Positions 15,662 to 24,871 are shown, counted from the stretch's first letter. The stretch is DNA of 64,000 nucleotides from Patescibacteria group bacterium (GCA_041662565.1 JBAZSE010000001.1:257084-321083); one strand, 5' to 3'. The notes: generated by a model from the letters alone, not told the origin. A program made the numbers and translations.

Positions 15662-18037
15662 ATGAAAAACATTCTTTGGTTTAATGAACTAAATATTTCC
15701 GATATTCCCAAGGTGGGTGGAAAAAACGCTTCTTTGGGCGAAATGTATCAAAAATTAACGAAAAAAGGGATTAAAGTGCCTAATGGTTTTGCCATCAGTT
15801 CCGGCGCTTATTATACCTTTCTTAAATTAACGGGAATTGATAAGGAAATTAAAAAAATTCTCACAGGTTTGGATACCGGCAATATGAAGGATTTAGCCAA
15901 AAGAGGCGCGCTTGTTAGGGAGGTGATTTTAAATGCCGAATTTCCTAACGAACTTAAAACCGATATTGATTCTGCTTACAAAAAATTATGCACGTTTGCT
16001 AAAAGGCAAAATGTTGATGTGGCTGTCCGCTCCAGCGCTACGGCCGAGGATTTGCCCGATGCTTCTTTTGCCGGCCAACAGGAATCTTATTTAAATATCA
16101 AGGGCGAGCATTCGTTATTGGAAGCGGTTAAGCAATGCATGGCCTCGTTATTTACCGATCGAGCCATTAGCTATCGAGTGGATAAAAAATACGATCATTT
16201 TAAAATTGGCCTTTCGGTCGGGGTGCAAATTATGGTGCGATCGGATTTAGCTTGTTCGGGCGTAATGTTTTCCATTCATACGGAAACAGGTTTTAAAAAC
16301 GCCGTCATTATCAATGCCTCTTACGGTTTGGGCGAATATATTGTTAAAGGCACAGTTACGCCGGATGAATATTTGGTTTTTAAGCCAACTTTAAAGCAGG
16401 GCTTTAAATCCATTATCGGAAAAGAATTGGGCAGTAAAAAACATAAACTAATTTACGCTTCCGGCGGAACAAAACCAACTCAAGATGTGGAAGTTTCGGC
16501 AAGCGATCAAAATAAATACGCGCTTAATGATGCCGAAATTTTGCAGTTGGCCAAATGGGGTTGTTTAATTGAAGATCATTACAAAAAACCCATGGATATG
16601 GAATGGGCCAAAGATGGCCATAGCAAACAATTATTTATCGTCCAGGCCAGGCCCGAAACGGTTGAATCGCGCGTTAATCCCAATGTGATTGAAGAATATA
16701 TTTTGGAAGAAAAAGGCAAAATAATCGTGGAAGGCGCTGCTGTTGGTAAAAAAATCGGGCAGGGCAAGGTGCGGGTAATTCCGGATGTTTCGCAGCTGCA
16801 TGTTTTTAAAGAAGGGGAGATTTTGGTTGCCGAAATGACTGATCCGGATTGGGAGCCGATAATGAAAAAGGCCAAAGGCATTATTACCGATTCCGGTGGC
16901 CGAACTTGCCACGCAGCCATAGTTTCCCGCGAGCTTGGTATTCCTTGCGTGGTGGGCACAGGTAAAGCCACCGAGCTCTTGCGCACCGGCCAAGAAGTTA
17001 CTTTAAGCGGAGTGGAGGGCGAAGTTGGCCGGGTTTATAACGGGCTGTTAAAATATAAAATAAAAAAAACCAATATTAAAAATCTTAAGCGTCCTAAACG
17101 CGTTAAGGTGATGATGAATGTGGGCAATCCCGAAGCGGCATTTGCCGAAAGTTTTATTCCCAATGACGGCGTTGGCTTGGCCCGTGAAGAATTTATTATT
17201 TCCAATTTTATTAAAATTCATCCCTTGGCTTTAATTAATTACAAAAAGATCAAGGATTTGGCTGTTAAAAATCAGATTGATGAGCTAACGGCAGCTTATG
17301 ATAACAAAGTCCAATTTTACATTGATAAGCTGGCTTACGGCATTGGCAGGATTGCCGGCGCGTTTTGGCCCAAGGATGTTATTGTTCGCTTATCCGATTT
17401 TAAAACCAATGAATACGCCGGTTTAATCGGCGGTAAAATGTACGAACCTTTGGAAGATAATCCGATGATCGGCTGGCGCGGGGCTTCTAGATATTACGAT
17501 CCCAAATACATTGAAGGTTTTAAGTTGGAATGCCTGGCGTTTAAAAAAGCCCGTGAAGAAATGGGTTTAACTAATATTAAAATCATGGTGCCGTTTTGCC
17601 GAACTATTGAAGAGGGTGAAAAGGTCTTAAAAATTATGGCGCAACATGGCTTAAAGCGGGGGGTTAAAGGTTTGGAAGTTTACGTGATGTGCGAAATTCC
17701 TTCCAATGTTATTTTAGGCAAAGAATTTTGTAAAATCTTTGACGGTTTTTCGATTGGCTCCAATGATTTAACTCAGCTCACGCTGGGCGTGGATAGGGAT
17801 TCGCAGTTGGTGGCTCATGTGTATAACGAAAAAAACGAGGCCGTTAAAATATTAATCAGGCAGATTATCAAAACAGCTCATCAGTATAAGCGCAAGGTGG
17901 GTATTTGCGGACAGGCACCATCGGATTTTCCAGATTTTGCCCAATTTTTGGTTAGAGAAGGTATAGATTCCATTTCCTTAATTCCGGATACGGTAATTTC
18001 CACTACGGTAAAAATCGCCCAAGCAGAGAAGAAATAG
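15662..18037 (+). CDS. ppsA: phosphoenolpyruvate synthase (pyruvate, water dikinase)
   Basis: 791 aa with an ATP-grasp N-domain, the phosphohistidine region GGRTCHAAIVSRELGIPCVVG, and a PEP-utilising C-domain. Confidence 0.92.
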   Translation: MKNILWFNELNISDIPKVGGKNASLGEMYQKLTKKGIKVPNGFAISSGAYYTFLKLTGIDKEIKKILTGLDTGNMKDLAKRGALVREVILNAEFPNELKTDIDSAYKKLCTFAKRQNVDVAVRSSATAEDLPDASFAGQQESYLNIKGEHSLLEAVKQCMASLFTDRAISYRVDKKYDHFKIGLSVGVQIMVRSDLACSGVMFSIHTETGFKNAVIINASYGLGEYIVKGTVTPDEYLVFKPTLKQGFKSIIGKELGSKKHKLIYASGGTKPTQDVEVSASDQNKYALNDAEILQLAKWGCLIEDHYKKPMDMEWAKDGHSKQLFIVQARPETVESRVNPNVIEEYILEEKGKIIVEGAAVGKKIGQGKVRVIPDVSQLHVFKEGEILVAEMTDPDWEPIMKKAKGIITDSGGRTCHAAIVSRELGIPCVVGTGKATELLRTGQEVTLSGVEGEVGRVYNGLLKYKIKKTNIKNLKRPKRVKVMMNVGNPEAAFAESFIPNDGVGLAREEFIISNFIKIHPLALINYKKIKDLAVKNQIDELTAAYDNKVQFYIDKLAYGIGRIAGAFWPKDVIVRLSDFKTNEYAGLIGGKMYEPLEDNPMIGWRGASRYYDPKYIEGFKLECLAFKKAREEMGLTNIKIMVPFCRTIEEGEKVLKIMAQHGLKRGVKGLEVYVMCEIPSNVILGKEFCKIFDGFSIGSNDLTQLTLGVDRDSQLVAHVYNEKNEAVKILIRQIIKTAHQYKRKVGICGQAPSDFPDFAQFLVREGIDSISLIPDTVISTTVKIAQAEKK

Positions 18038-18046
18038 ATCAGGGGC

Positions 18047-18114
18047 GGTTATCAACTTGACCATTTTTGAAACTTAAGATAAGTTAATAAACAGCGTCAT
18101 GGTGACGCTGTTTT
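18047..18114 (+). repeat. copy 1 of a ~67-bp direct repeat module (TTGACC...TAAGTT promoter-like region plus 21-bp palindrome ACAGCGTCATGGTGACGCTGT plus T-run)
   Basis: Nearly identical to 18496-18562. Each copy precedes a small ORF with a conserved aatggagat RBS context. Confidence 0.6.
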
Positions 18115-18158
18115 TGTTCCTCACCGGTTCATCAACCCGGTAAACAAATGGAGATCTC

Positions 18159-18431
18159 ATGAAAATGAGAGCAGAGCGACAGCGGAAAAAGAAAGACGAA
18201 GAAGATCTTCTTTCTTTGCTACCCCCTGGTATGAAGGGGTTGGGTTCGTCGGGCACGTTGGTCCAAAAAACAGTCAAGGCCTATTTTGTGGGCATTGGCA
18301 CTCGTGACGTGCCTGATATATTCGTTATTGACAAAGAAACGGTGAGATTACCCGGAGGGGTGATTACGGGTAATCGTAATGATAAGAAGATGATTGATGG
18401 CTGTATTATGAACTCATCGCCAAGTGGTTAG
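18159..18431 (+). CDS. hypothetical small protein (GC-rich, Lys/Glu-rich N-terminus)
   Basis: 90-aa ORF downstream of repeat copy 1. GC about 47%. Confidence 0.3.
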   Translation: MKMRAERQRKKKDEEDLLSLLPPGMKGLGSSGTLVQKTVKAYFVGIGTRDVPDIFVIDKETVRLPGGVITGNRNDKKMIDGCIMNSSPSG

Positions 18432-18495
18432 CGGCTGTTACTCTCATTGATTTTTTGGCCCGTTGGAGCATCTGCTCACGGGTCTTTTTTTTGAC

Positions 18496-18562
18496 GGTTA
18501 TCAACTTGACCATTTTTAAAACTTAAGATAAGTTAATAAACAGCGTTAAGGTAACGCTGTTT
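18496..18562 (+). repeat. copy 2 of the ~67-bp direct repeat module (palindrome variant ACAGCGTTAAGGTAACGCTGT)
   Basis: The palindromic symmetry is kept despite substitutions relative to copy 1, which suggests a conserved structure or site. Confidence 0.6.
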
Positions 18563-18605
18563 ATTTGAACACATTCACACACAGGTCTAACAATGGAGAT
18601 GCATC

Positions 18606-18800
18606 ATGCATCATCAGGGAAAGGTCGAGCAGAATGGAACATTAAAAGTTAATGTTCCTGGACATGGGGACGTTGAAGTTTCCAAGGATTATTTGACCGA
18701 AGGTGGTCGTACAGTTCAGGTGCCCGAAAGACTTTTGTCAGAAGGAGGAAAGGGCTATAGAAATGTACCTTATGTGGCGCCACCGAGGCATAAGCGATAA
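18606..18800 (+). CDS. hypothetical small protein (Gly-rich)
   Basis: 64-aa ORF downstream of repeat copy 2. Confidence 0.3.
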   Translation: MHHQGKVEQNGTLKVNVPGHGDVEVSKDYLTEGGRTVQVPERLLSEGGKGYRNVPYVAPPRHKR

Positions 18801-18935
18801 ATTGCTCGCACCGCTTCTCTGATTTTATCAGCCCGTCTCTCTATTAATTCATTGCCATAAAGCTTTGATTAAGAGTTGCGCGGGCTCTTTTTTTTAAACA
18901 AAAAAGAGACAGTTAATCTCTTTTTAAAATCAATG

Positions 18936-18975
18936 GCGTGACGCTTAGCGTCACAATCGTCACGCTAAGTGTGGC
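18936..18975. promoter_or_regulatory. cluster of overlapping palindromes sharing the TGACGCT/AGCGTCA half-site (gtgacgcttagcgtcac...gtcacgctaag)
   Basis: Same half-site as in the 67-bp repeat palindromes. Confidence 0.35.
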
Positions 18976-19140
18976 GGTGTATCATGGTTTGGTACATCGA
19001 AAGTAAGGACATTATAAGGGTTTTTTAGCTTTCTATTCAGGTGGCCTTAGAGGCACTTGGGTCAGGGGAACTAATTAGTGAAATGAAAAAACATTAAGAA
19101 TAGTTCTTTGTAAAAAATAATAAATAATTATACAATAAAA

Positions 19141-19193
19141 AATGCTCTACACTAGGTTATAGTTCCTAAGAACTAACCTGTGTAGAGCATTGG
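19141..19193 (-). terminator. long hairpin terminator (about 22-bp stem) for the minus-strand T9SS-CTD gene
   Basis: aatgctctacac...gtgtagagcatt inverted repeat, followed on the minus strand by TTTTTT. Confidence 0.6.
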
Positions 19194-19199
19194 TTGTGT

Positions 19200-20621
19200 T
19201 CACTTAATCAGCGTCACCTTTTGCATGATTGTTGTAGATGACGACGATTGAAGCTGCAAGAAGTAAAATCCAGAGGGCAAATTTTGCCCGTTAATAGTGA
19301 TGTGAAAGTCCCCAGTGGCCGGACCGTTAAACAGTTTGTTCACTTCTCGTCCATAAGGATCAACGAGTAATAAACTCACTTGCTCAAAACCAGGCGGCAC
19401 TGCGTAATGAATGATTGCCGAAGAGTTGAATGGGTTAGGAAATACCTGTAATAGCGTTCCAACTGGAATCAACGGCATAACCTGGGTTGAAAGCTGATCA
19501 ATACCTGTTTTAACAAGCCACATGTTAGCCGAATATAGATCTGTTGGTCCTTTTGAACCGGCTAAGGTATAACTGCCATCAGGATTTTCTATCAAACTGC
19601 GGCACTCTTCATATTCTTCGGTACCATATGTTTTAGACCAAAGAATATTGCCTCTTGAACCAGTTCGTATTAGCCAGAAGTCTTTATTATTAGCACCAAA
19701 AGATGTCGTGTTTCCGGCTAAAACAAATCCGCCGTCAGGCATTTCAATAATGGAATTGCAGTCATTGTTGCCATTATTTTCATAAAGGCATGATAATAAA
19801 CTGTCGCCGTTTTCATTAATCAGCAACAGCCAAGCATCCCAATTATCCGGATTATGAGAATAGGCAGACCCAACTAAAGCAATTCTGCCATCAGTTGTAA
19901 GAATAGCAGATTCGCAAAAATTATGGCCGCCAATTTCGTAAGTACGGGACCAGATTGAATCGCCATCGGCGTTGATTTTGATCGCCCAGCAATCGCTTCC
20001 ATAGTTCCCGGCTAAAACGAATCCGCCGTCAGGCATTTCAATAATGGAATTACACTTGTCAGACCATAATCCGCCATACGTACGGGACCAGATTGAATCG
20101 CCATCGGCGTTGATTTTGATTATCCACCAATCTATGTCGCCAGCGCCAAAAGACATTGTACTGCCGATTAACATAAAACCGTCATCAGCAGTTTGAATAA
20201 TCGATCGGCAATACTCATGGCTTGCCCCGCCATAAAAGCGGGAATAGATGACGTCACCATCGGAATTGATTTTAGTAAATTTAAAATCTAAACCGAAGAC
20301 GTCAGGCTTCATTGCATCGCCAGCAAAGGCGAATCCGCCATGACATTGGATAAGAGAATTACAGTCTGCAATGAATCCTTCATAAGCGCGTGACCAAACA
20401 GAATCACCACGCTCATTTGTGCGAATTAGCCAAGGACATTCTCCTTGCCCAAAAGATGCAGTAACGCCTCCTAACAAGTATCCCTCGTCAGATCGCAGAG
20501 CAGTCCGACATTGTTCAGTGTGATTTCCGTATTGGTGGCTCCAAACGGTATCAGGTTGCGCCAAACAAGTACTGACAAAAATAGCCAATACAAGCGCGTA
20601 AAGTGAGATCTTTCTAAACAT
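19200..20621 (-). CDS. secreted repeat (beta-propeller-like, GDSIWSRTYGG repeats) protein with T9SS/Por-type C-terminal sorting domain
   Basis: Signal peptide, then at least 6 repeats of about 45 aa with the G-D-S-I/V-W-S-R/K-T/A-Y-G-G core. The C-terminal ~80 aa (VFPNPFNSSAIIHY...GFYFLQLQ...) matches the Por secretion tail pattern. GC about 44%. Confidence 0.6.
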   Translation of the reverse strand: MFRKISLYALVLAIFVSTCLAQPDTVWSHQYGNHTEQCRTALRSDEGYLLGGVTASFGQGECPWLIRTNERGDSVWSRAYEGFIADCNSLIQCHGGFAFAGDAMKPDVFGLDFKFTKINSDGDVIYSRFYGGASHEYCRSIIQTADDGFMLIGSTMSFGAGDIDWWIIKINADGDSIWSRTYGGLWSDKCNSIIEMPDGGFVLAGNYGSDCWAIKINADGDSIWSRTYEIGGHNFCESAILTTDGRIALVGSAYSHNPDNWDAWLLLINENGDSLLSCLYENNGNNDCNSIIEMPDGGFVLAGNTTSFGANNKDFWLIRTGSRGNILWSKTYGTEEYEECRSLIENPDGSYTLAGSKGPTDLYSANMWLVKTGIDQLSTQVMPLIPVGTLLQVFPNPFNSSAIIHYAVPPGFEQVSLLLVDPYGREVNKLFNGPATGDFHITINGQNLPSGFYFLQLQSSSSTTIMQKVTLIK

Positions 20622-20773
20622 CTCAAACCCTTCTTTCTTGAATTTTAAGGTACCTTTTAGGTAAAATTACAATAAATTAACTAAAATGTAAAGCTAAAAT
20701 ATTATATTGGTTATGTTTTAATAAGCAAAAACTGCCTTTCAAAGCAGTTGGATTCATCGATACTTTATTGTAC

Positions 20774-20863
20774 TGGCGGAGAGGCAGGGATTTGAACCCT
20801 GGAAGGCTTTTACACCTTACTTGCTTTCCAAGCAAGCGCACTAGACCACTATGCGACCTCTCC
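20774..20863 (-). tRNA. tRNA-Ser (anticodon GGA), long variable arm
   Basis: Hand-folded: acceptor GGAGAGG/CCTCTCC, anticodon loop TTGGAAA, long variable arm, T-loop TTCAAAT, encoded CCA. Confidence 0.85.
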
Positions 20864-21010
20864 ACGTGTTTCGCCCTAGCCAGCCGAGAAGGGCTGGCGA
20901 AGGCGGATAATTTAGAGTAATATACTATATTTTCCAATTTAAATCAAGCAATGACTACCCATGCAAAATATGGTATAATATGAATAATTATTAATTTAAG
21001 CTTAAAATAT

Positions 21011-22138
21011 ATGAAGAATTTGTTTAAGTTAGCAGTCTTTAGTTTAATTTTAGCTATGCCTATAATATCTTTGGCAGCGGAATTTAGGGCTGGTGATACA
21101 CCTTCAATAGGCAGAGACGAAGCTATTACCAACGATGTTTATATGGGCGGTGGTAATGTTACCAGCGCCGGGAGCATCAGCGGCGATCTTATTACCGGAG
21201 GCGGTAACATTGTTATTAGCGGTGATGTTGGTGCTGATATTATTGTTGCAGGTAATAATATAAGTATATTGTCAAATATCGGTGATGATGTGCGGGCTGT
21301 TGGTAACACCGTTATTATTACAGGTCATGTAGAGGGAGATTTGTTGGCTGGTGGCGGGCAAATAGTTGTGAGCGGAGTCGGTGTGGGTGGGGATGTGGTT
21401 ATCGGCGGGGGCAATATTCGGCTGGATGCGCCGGTATCAGGAAATCTTTTGATTGGCGGTGGAACTGTTTATATTAATTCTGCGATAGGCGGTAATGTAA
21501 AAATAGACGCGGAAAAAATCACTTTTGGGAAAAATGCCGTTATTTCCGGTAATGTAACTTACAAGTCCATTAAGGAGATGGTTAAAGAAGATGGGGTAAC
21601 AATTAAGGGTTCTGTTGATTTTAAATTAAGAGAAAAGAAAACTGTTTCTCATCAAGCGCTGTTGGGGATTTTTTCCGCTTTTATGTTATGGAAATTTTTA
21701 GCGCTGTTGGCCTGTTCATTGGTTATTGGGCTATCATTTAAGCGTTATAGTAAGGAAATTGTTGCTTTAGCTGTTAAGAAGCCGTGGCTAGAGCTTGGTA
21801 GGGGCCTGATTGTTATGATAGTTACGCCAATTATCTCCATCATGCTTTTATTTACCTTAGTGGGAATTCCATTCGGCATACTTGGTTTGTTGGCTTATGT
21901 TATTATGATGATGTTTGCTTGGATGATAGCGCCGATAATTTTGGGGAGCGTTGTTTACGGTTACTTTGCCAAAAAAGAATTTATTGTTTCTTGGAAAACC
22001 ATTCTTTTGGGAACATTAATTTTTGTGCTTTTGGGGTTGGTGCCGTTTATCGGCTGTTTTGCTCAAGCATTACTGATGTTTATTACTCTTGGTGCCATCA
22101 TTGCTCTTAAATTACACGTTATCAAAGATTGGAGATAA
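21011..22138 (+). CDS. membrane protein with secreted bactofilin-like beta-helical repeat domain and C-terminal 4-TM domain
   Basis: Signal peptide, then about 150 aa of G-x-V-x-G-D-V repeats similar to bactofilin/polymer-forming DUF583, followed by four hydrophobic helices. Confidence 0.4.
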   Translation: MKNLFKLAVFSLILAMPIISLAAEFRAGDTPSIGRDEAITNDVYMGGGNVTSAGSISGDLITGGGNIVISGDVGADIIVAGNNISILSNIGDDVRAVGNTVIITGHVEGDLLAGGGQIVVSGVGVGGDVVIGGGNIRLDAPVSGNLLIGGGTVYINSAIGGNVKIDAEKITFGKNAVISGNVTYKSIKEMVKEDGVTIKGSVDFKLREKKTVSHQALLGIFSAFMLWKFLALLACSLVIGLSFKRYSKEIVALAVKKPWLELGRGLIVMIVTPIISIMLLFTLVGIPFGILGLLAYVIMMMFAWMIAPIILGSVVYGYFAKKEFIVSWKTILLGTLIFVLLGLVPFIGCFAQALLMFITLGAIIALKLHVIKDWR

Positions 22139-22201
22139 AAAATTGTTATAAAAAGAGCCCCGACGTTTGCTACGCAAAGTCGGGGCTCTTTTAAATTTAA
22201 T

Positions 22202-22873
22202 TTAAACTTTTAAACTAAACGGATTAAAGTTAGTTTCCTTGTCGTAGTAATCTTCCTGTTCCGATTTTTTAAGGTAGCCAACAACTTTGTAAGTCAGGGG
22301 AGTTAATAAAACTTCCACACCGCATTTAAAGATGTAGTTGGAAAAAATAATAGTAATCAATAGTTCGGTGGGTAAAATTCCCCAAAAAGCAATCAGGCAA
22401 AATAAAATCGTGTCTAATCCTTCACCAATCAAGGTGGAGCCAATGGTTCTAAGCCACAACCATTTGCCGGCAGTGGCAATTTTTAATTTTGCCAAAGTAA
22501 AAGAGTTGGCAAATTCGCCGGCAAAGTAAGCAATTAAACTGGCTAAAACCAATCTAGGAGTTAAGCCCAAAATGGCTTGATAAGCGCTTTGGTTTTCCCA
22601 ACCCTCGGCCGCCGGTAGCCAACCCACAATCATTAACACAGCCGACATTAACAGGGCGCTAAAAAACCCGAGCCAAATAACTCTACGTGATTTTTTGTAG
22701 CCGTAAACTTCGGTTAAAATATCGCCAAAAATGTAGGCCAGCGGGAAAAGCAAAGTTCCGCCATCAAAGCTAAACAATCCAAGATTTAAAATCTTAGTAG
22801 AAGCAATGTTGGAAATTAACAACACGGCCACAAACAGTCCTAAAATAATATCAAAATGTTTATAATTTTTCAT
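22202..22873 (-). CDS. yhhQ: queuosine precursor transporter, YhhQ/DUF165 family
   Basis: Hallmark FPLAYIFGDILTEVYGY motif and 6 TM segments. ATG start at 22873; the ORF track extends to an upstream GTG inside the leader. Confidence 0.8.
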   Translation of the reverse strand: MKNYKHFDIILGLFVAVLLISNIASTKILNLGLFSFDGGTLLFPLAYIFGDILTEVYGYKKSRRVIWLGFFSALLMSAVLMIVGWLPAAEGWENQSAYQAILGLTPRLVLASLIAYFAGEFANSFTLAKLKIATAGKWLWLRTIGSTLIGEGLDTILFCLIAFWGILPTELLITIIFSNYIFKCGVEVLLTPLTYKVVGYLKKSEQEDYYDKETNFNPFSLKV

Positions 22874-22892
22874 AATGACAATGTTATTGTTC

Positions 22893-23016
22893 GGGCAAGA
22901 CACAAAAATTTTTTTGTCTGCGGAACTCGTGCCCTCGCTGCTGCCCGGCTTTGCCGGTCATAGCTCGGTCACTCAAACAAGTCCTCGTCTGCAAAAATTC
23001 TTATGTCTTGCCCTCA
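22893..23016 (-). promoter_or_regulatory. GC-rich structured 5-prime leader of yhhQ (candidate riboswitch, possibly preQ1-responsive)
   Basis: ~124-nt leader closed by a long-range helix, GGGCAAGACA...UGUCUUGCCC, enclosing GC-rich hairpins (ccggcaaagccgg). It sits next to a queuosine-precursor transporter gene. Confidence 0.3.
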
Positions 23017-23110
23017 TTAAATAATAATAAGTATTCATTAATATACAACATAGGGTTAATTTTCGCAATATTTGCTAAAACCCTTGATTTTGCTATGATA
23101 CCAAAGCCAT

Positions 23111-24871
23111 ATGCCCAGTGATGTAGAAGATATAAAAAATCGTTTGGATTTGGGGGATTTAATTGGCGAATACGTTAAGTTAACTCCGGCCGGTGTTAAC
23201 TTTAAGGCCAATTGCCCTTTCCATAACGAAAAAACCGCCTCTTTTATTGTTAGCCCAGATAAGCAAATCTGGCATTGTTTTGGTTGCGGCAAAGGCGGGG
23301 ATCATTTTAGTTTTATTCAACAATTAGAGGGCTTGGAATTTCCCGAGGCCTTGCGAGTTTTGGCGGCACGGGCCGGTGTTAAGTTGGAATATCGTAATCC
23401 CGAACAGCATAACCACAAAACCCGTTTGTTGGATTTAAATAAAGCCATTATGGAGCATTGGCAGAATTTACTGGCCAAAGATCCTTCTGCCCAGTTAGCC
23501 AGAGATTATTTACAGCAAAGGCAATTAAAAGAAGAAACCATCAAGCAATTTTGTTTGGGTTATGGTTTGGAGGCCTGGGATAGCGCTGTTAAGTTTTTGC
23601 AAAGCAAGGGTTTTACTTTAAAAGAAATGGCTGATGCCGGTATTACCGTAGTAGGAGAAAAAGGCCGGCCCTATGATAGGTTCAGGGGGCGCTTGATTTT
23701 TCCCATCAGAGACGTGCACGGCAATGTAGTTGGTTTTACCGCCCGCAAACTTAAAGAAGAAGATCACGGCGGCAAATACGTAAATTCTCCGCAAACCGAA
23801 ATTTACAACAAAAGCCAGATTTTATATAACTTGGATTTAGCCAAAACCGAAATCAAGCGATTAAATTACGCCATTTTGGTAGAAGGCAATATGGATGCCA
23901 TTGCTTGTTATCAAGCAGGCACCAAAAACGCCGTGGCAATTTCGGGCACGGCATTAACGCCCGAACAGATAAAATTATTAAAACGCTACACCCAAAATGT
24001 GATGATTGCTTTTGATGCCGACCCGGCCGGAGTTCAAGCCAATTTACGGGGCATTGATTTGGCTTGGCAAGCAGGTCTTAATGTTAAAGTTATCAGCATG
24101 ATTTCCGGCAAAGATCCCGATGAATTGATTAGGGAAAATCCTGATAAATGGCGCGAATCGGTAAAAGGCGCTTACAATTTTATGGATTACGCTTTTGTGG
24201 CGATTTTGCAGGGTTTGGATCTTGCCCGAGTGGACCATAAAAAAACAGCGGCCAAAAAAATCCTACCTTTAATTAGAAATTTGGGCGATGAAGTGGAAAA
24301 ATCCCATTATTTAAGGAAACTAGCCGATATTTTAGGGGTTAATGAAGAATCTTTGGCTAATACCTTATCAGCCATTAAAGTGGCGCCAAGTTTACAGCCA
24401 ATTAAAGAAAAAACCCGCCAAAGCGAAGAAATCGACCATAATCGCACTTTAGCCGAGCATTTACTGGCATTATTGGTTAAATTTCCCCATCAGCTTAAAG
24501 AAGTTGCTCAACATCTGGAGCCGGCCATGCTCAATTATCAGCCGGCCGCGCGCCTTTACACGGAACTGATAATACATTATAATAAGAATCATCATTTGCC
24601 CGAAACGGAGTTATTAAAAGATTTTGACTCCGAACAGCCGGGTTATCTGGATCAGCTGTTTTTATTGGTTGGTGAAGAATTTATCAATCCAACGCCTGAT
24701 TTGCTTAATCATGAAATTTTAAGCGCTGTTAAACGCTTAAAAGATAATCATATTCGCGCTCGACTTCAACACATTGCTTGGGCGTTAAAACAAGCCGAAC
24801 AAGCCGGCCAAACAGATGAGGTCAGCAGATTAATCCAAGAATCAACCAATTTGTCTCGCCAGCTAAAATAA
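23111..24871 (+). CDS. dnaG: DNA primase DnaG
   Basis: Zinc-ribbon CPFHNEKTASF...CFGCGKGGD, Toprim EGNMDA...D-x-D, and a C-terminal helicase-interaction region. Confidence 0.92.
   Translation: MPSDVEDIKNRLDLGDLIGEYVKLTPAGVNFKANCPFHNEKTASFIVSPDKQIWHCFGCGKGGDHFSFIQQLEGLEFPEALRVLAARAGVKLEYRNPEQHNHKTRLLDLNKAIMEHWQNLLAKDPSAQLARDYLQQRQLKEETIKQFCLGYGLEAWDSAVKFLQSKGFTLKEMADAGITVVGEKGRPYDRFRGRLIFPIRDVHGNVVGFTARKLKEEDHGGKYVNSPQTEIYNKSQILYNLDLAKTEIKRLNYAILVEGNMDAIACYQAGTKNAVAISGTALTPEQIKLLKRYTQNVMIAFDADPAGVQANLRGIDLAWQAGLNVKVISMISGKDPDELIRENPDKWRESVKGAYNFMDYAFVAILQGLDLARVDHKKTAAKKILPLIRNLGDEVEKSHYLRKLADILGVNEESLANTLSAIKVAPSLQPIKEKTRQSEEIDHNRTLAEHLLALLVKFPHQLKEVAQHLEPAMLNYQPAARLYTELIIHYNKNHHLPETELLKDFDSEQPGYLDQLFLLVGEEFINPTPDLLNHEILSAVKRLKDNHIRARLQHIAWALKQAEQAGQTDEVSRLIQESTNLSRQLK

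Noticed and set aside
16579-16993. Two minus-strand ORFs inside ppsA
   Set aside because: Antisense to the PEP synthase frame.
18047-18562. Possibility that the two 67-bp repeats are a CRISPR array
   Set aside because: Only two copies, with a spacer of about 380 bp containing an ORF. The repeats have promoter-like and palindrome architecture. No cas genes.
20677-20937. 86-aa minus ORF overlapping tRNA-Ser
   Set aside because: It overlaps a clear tRNA cloverleaf and is not coding.
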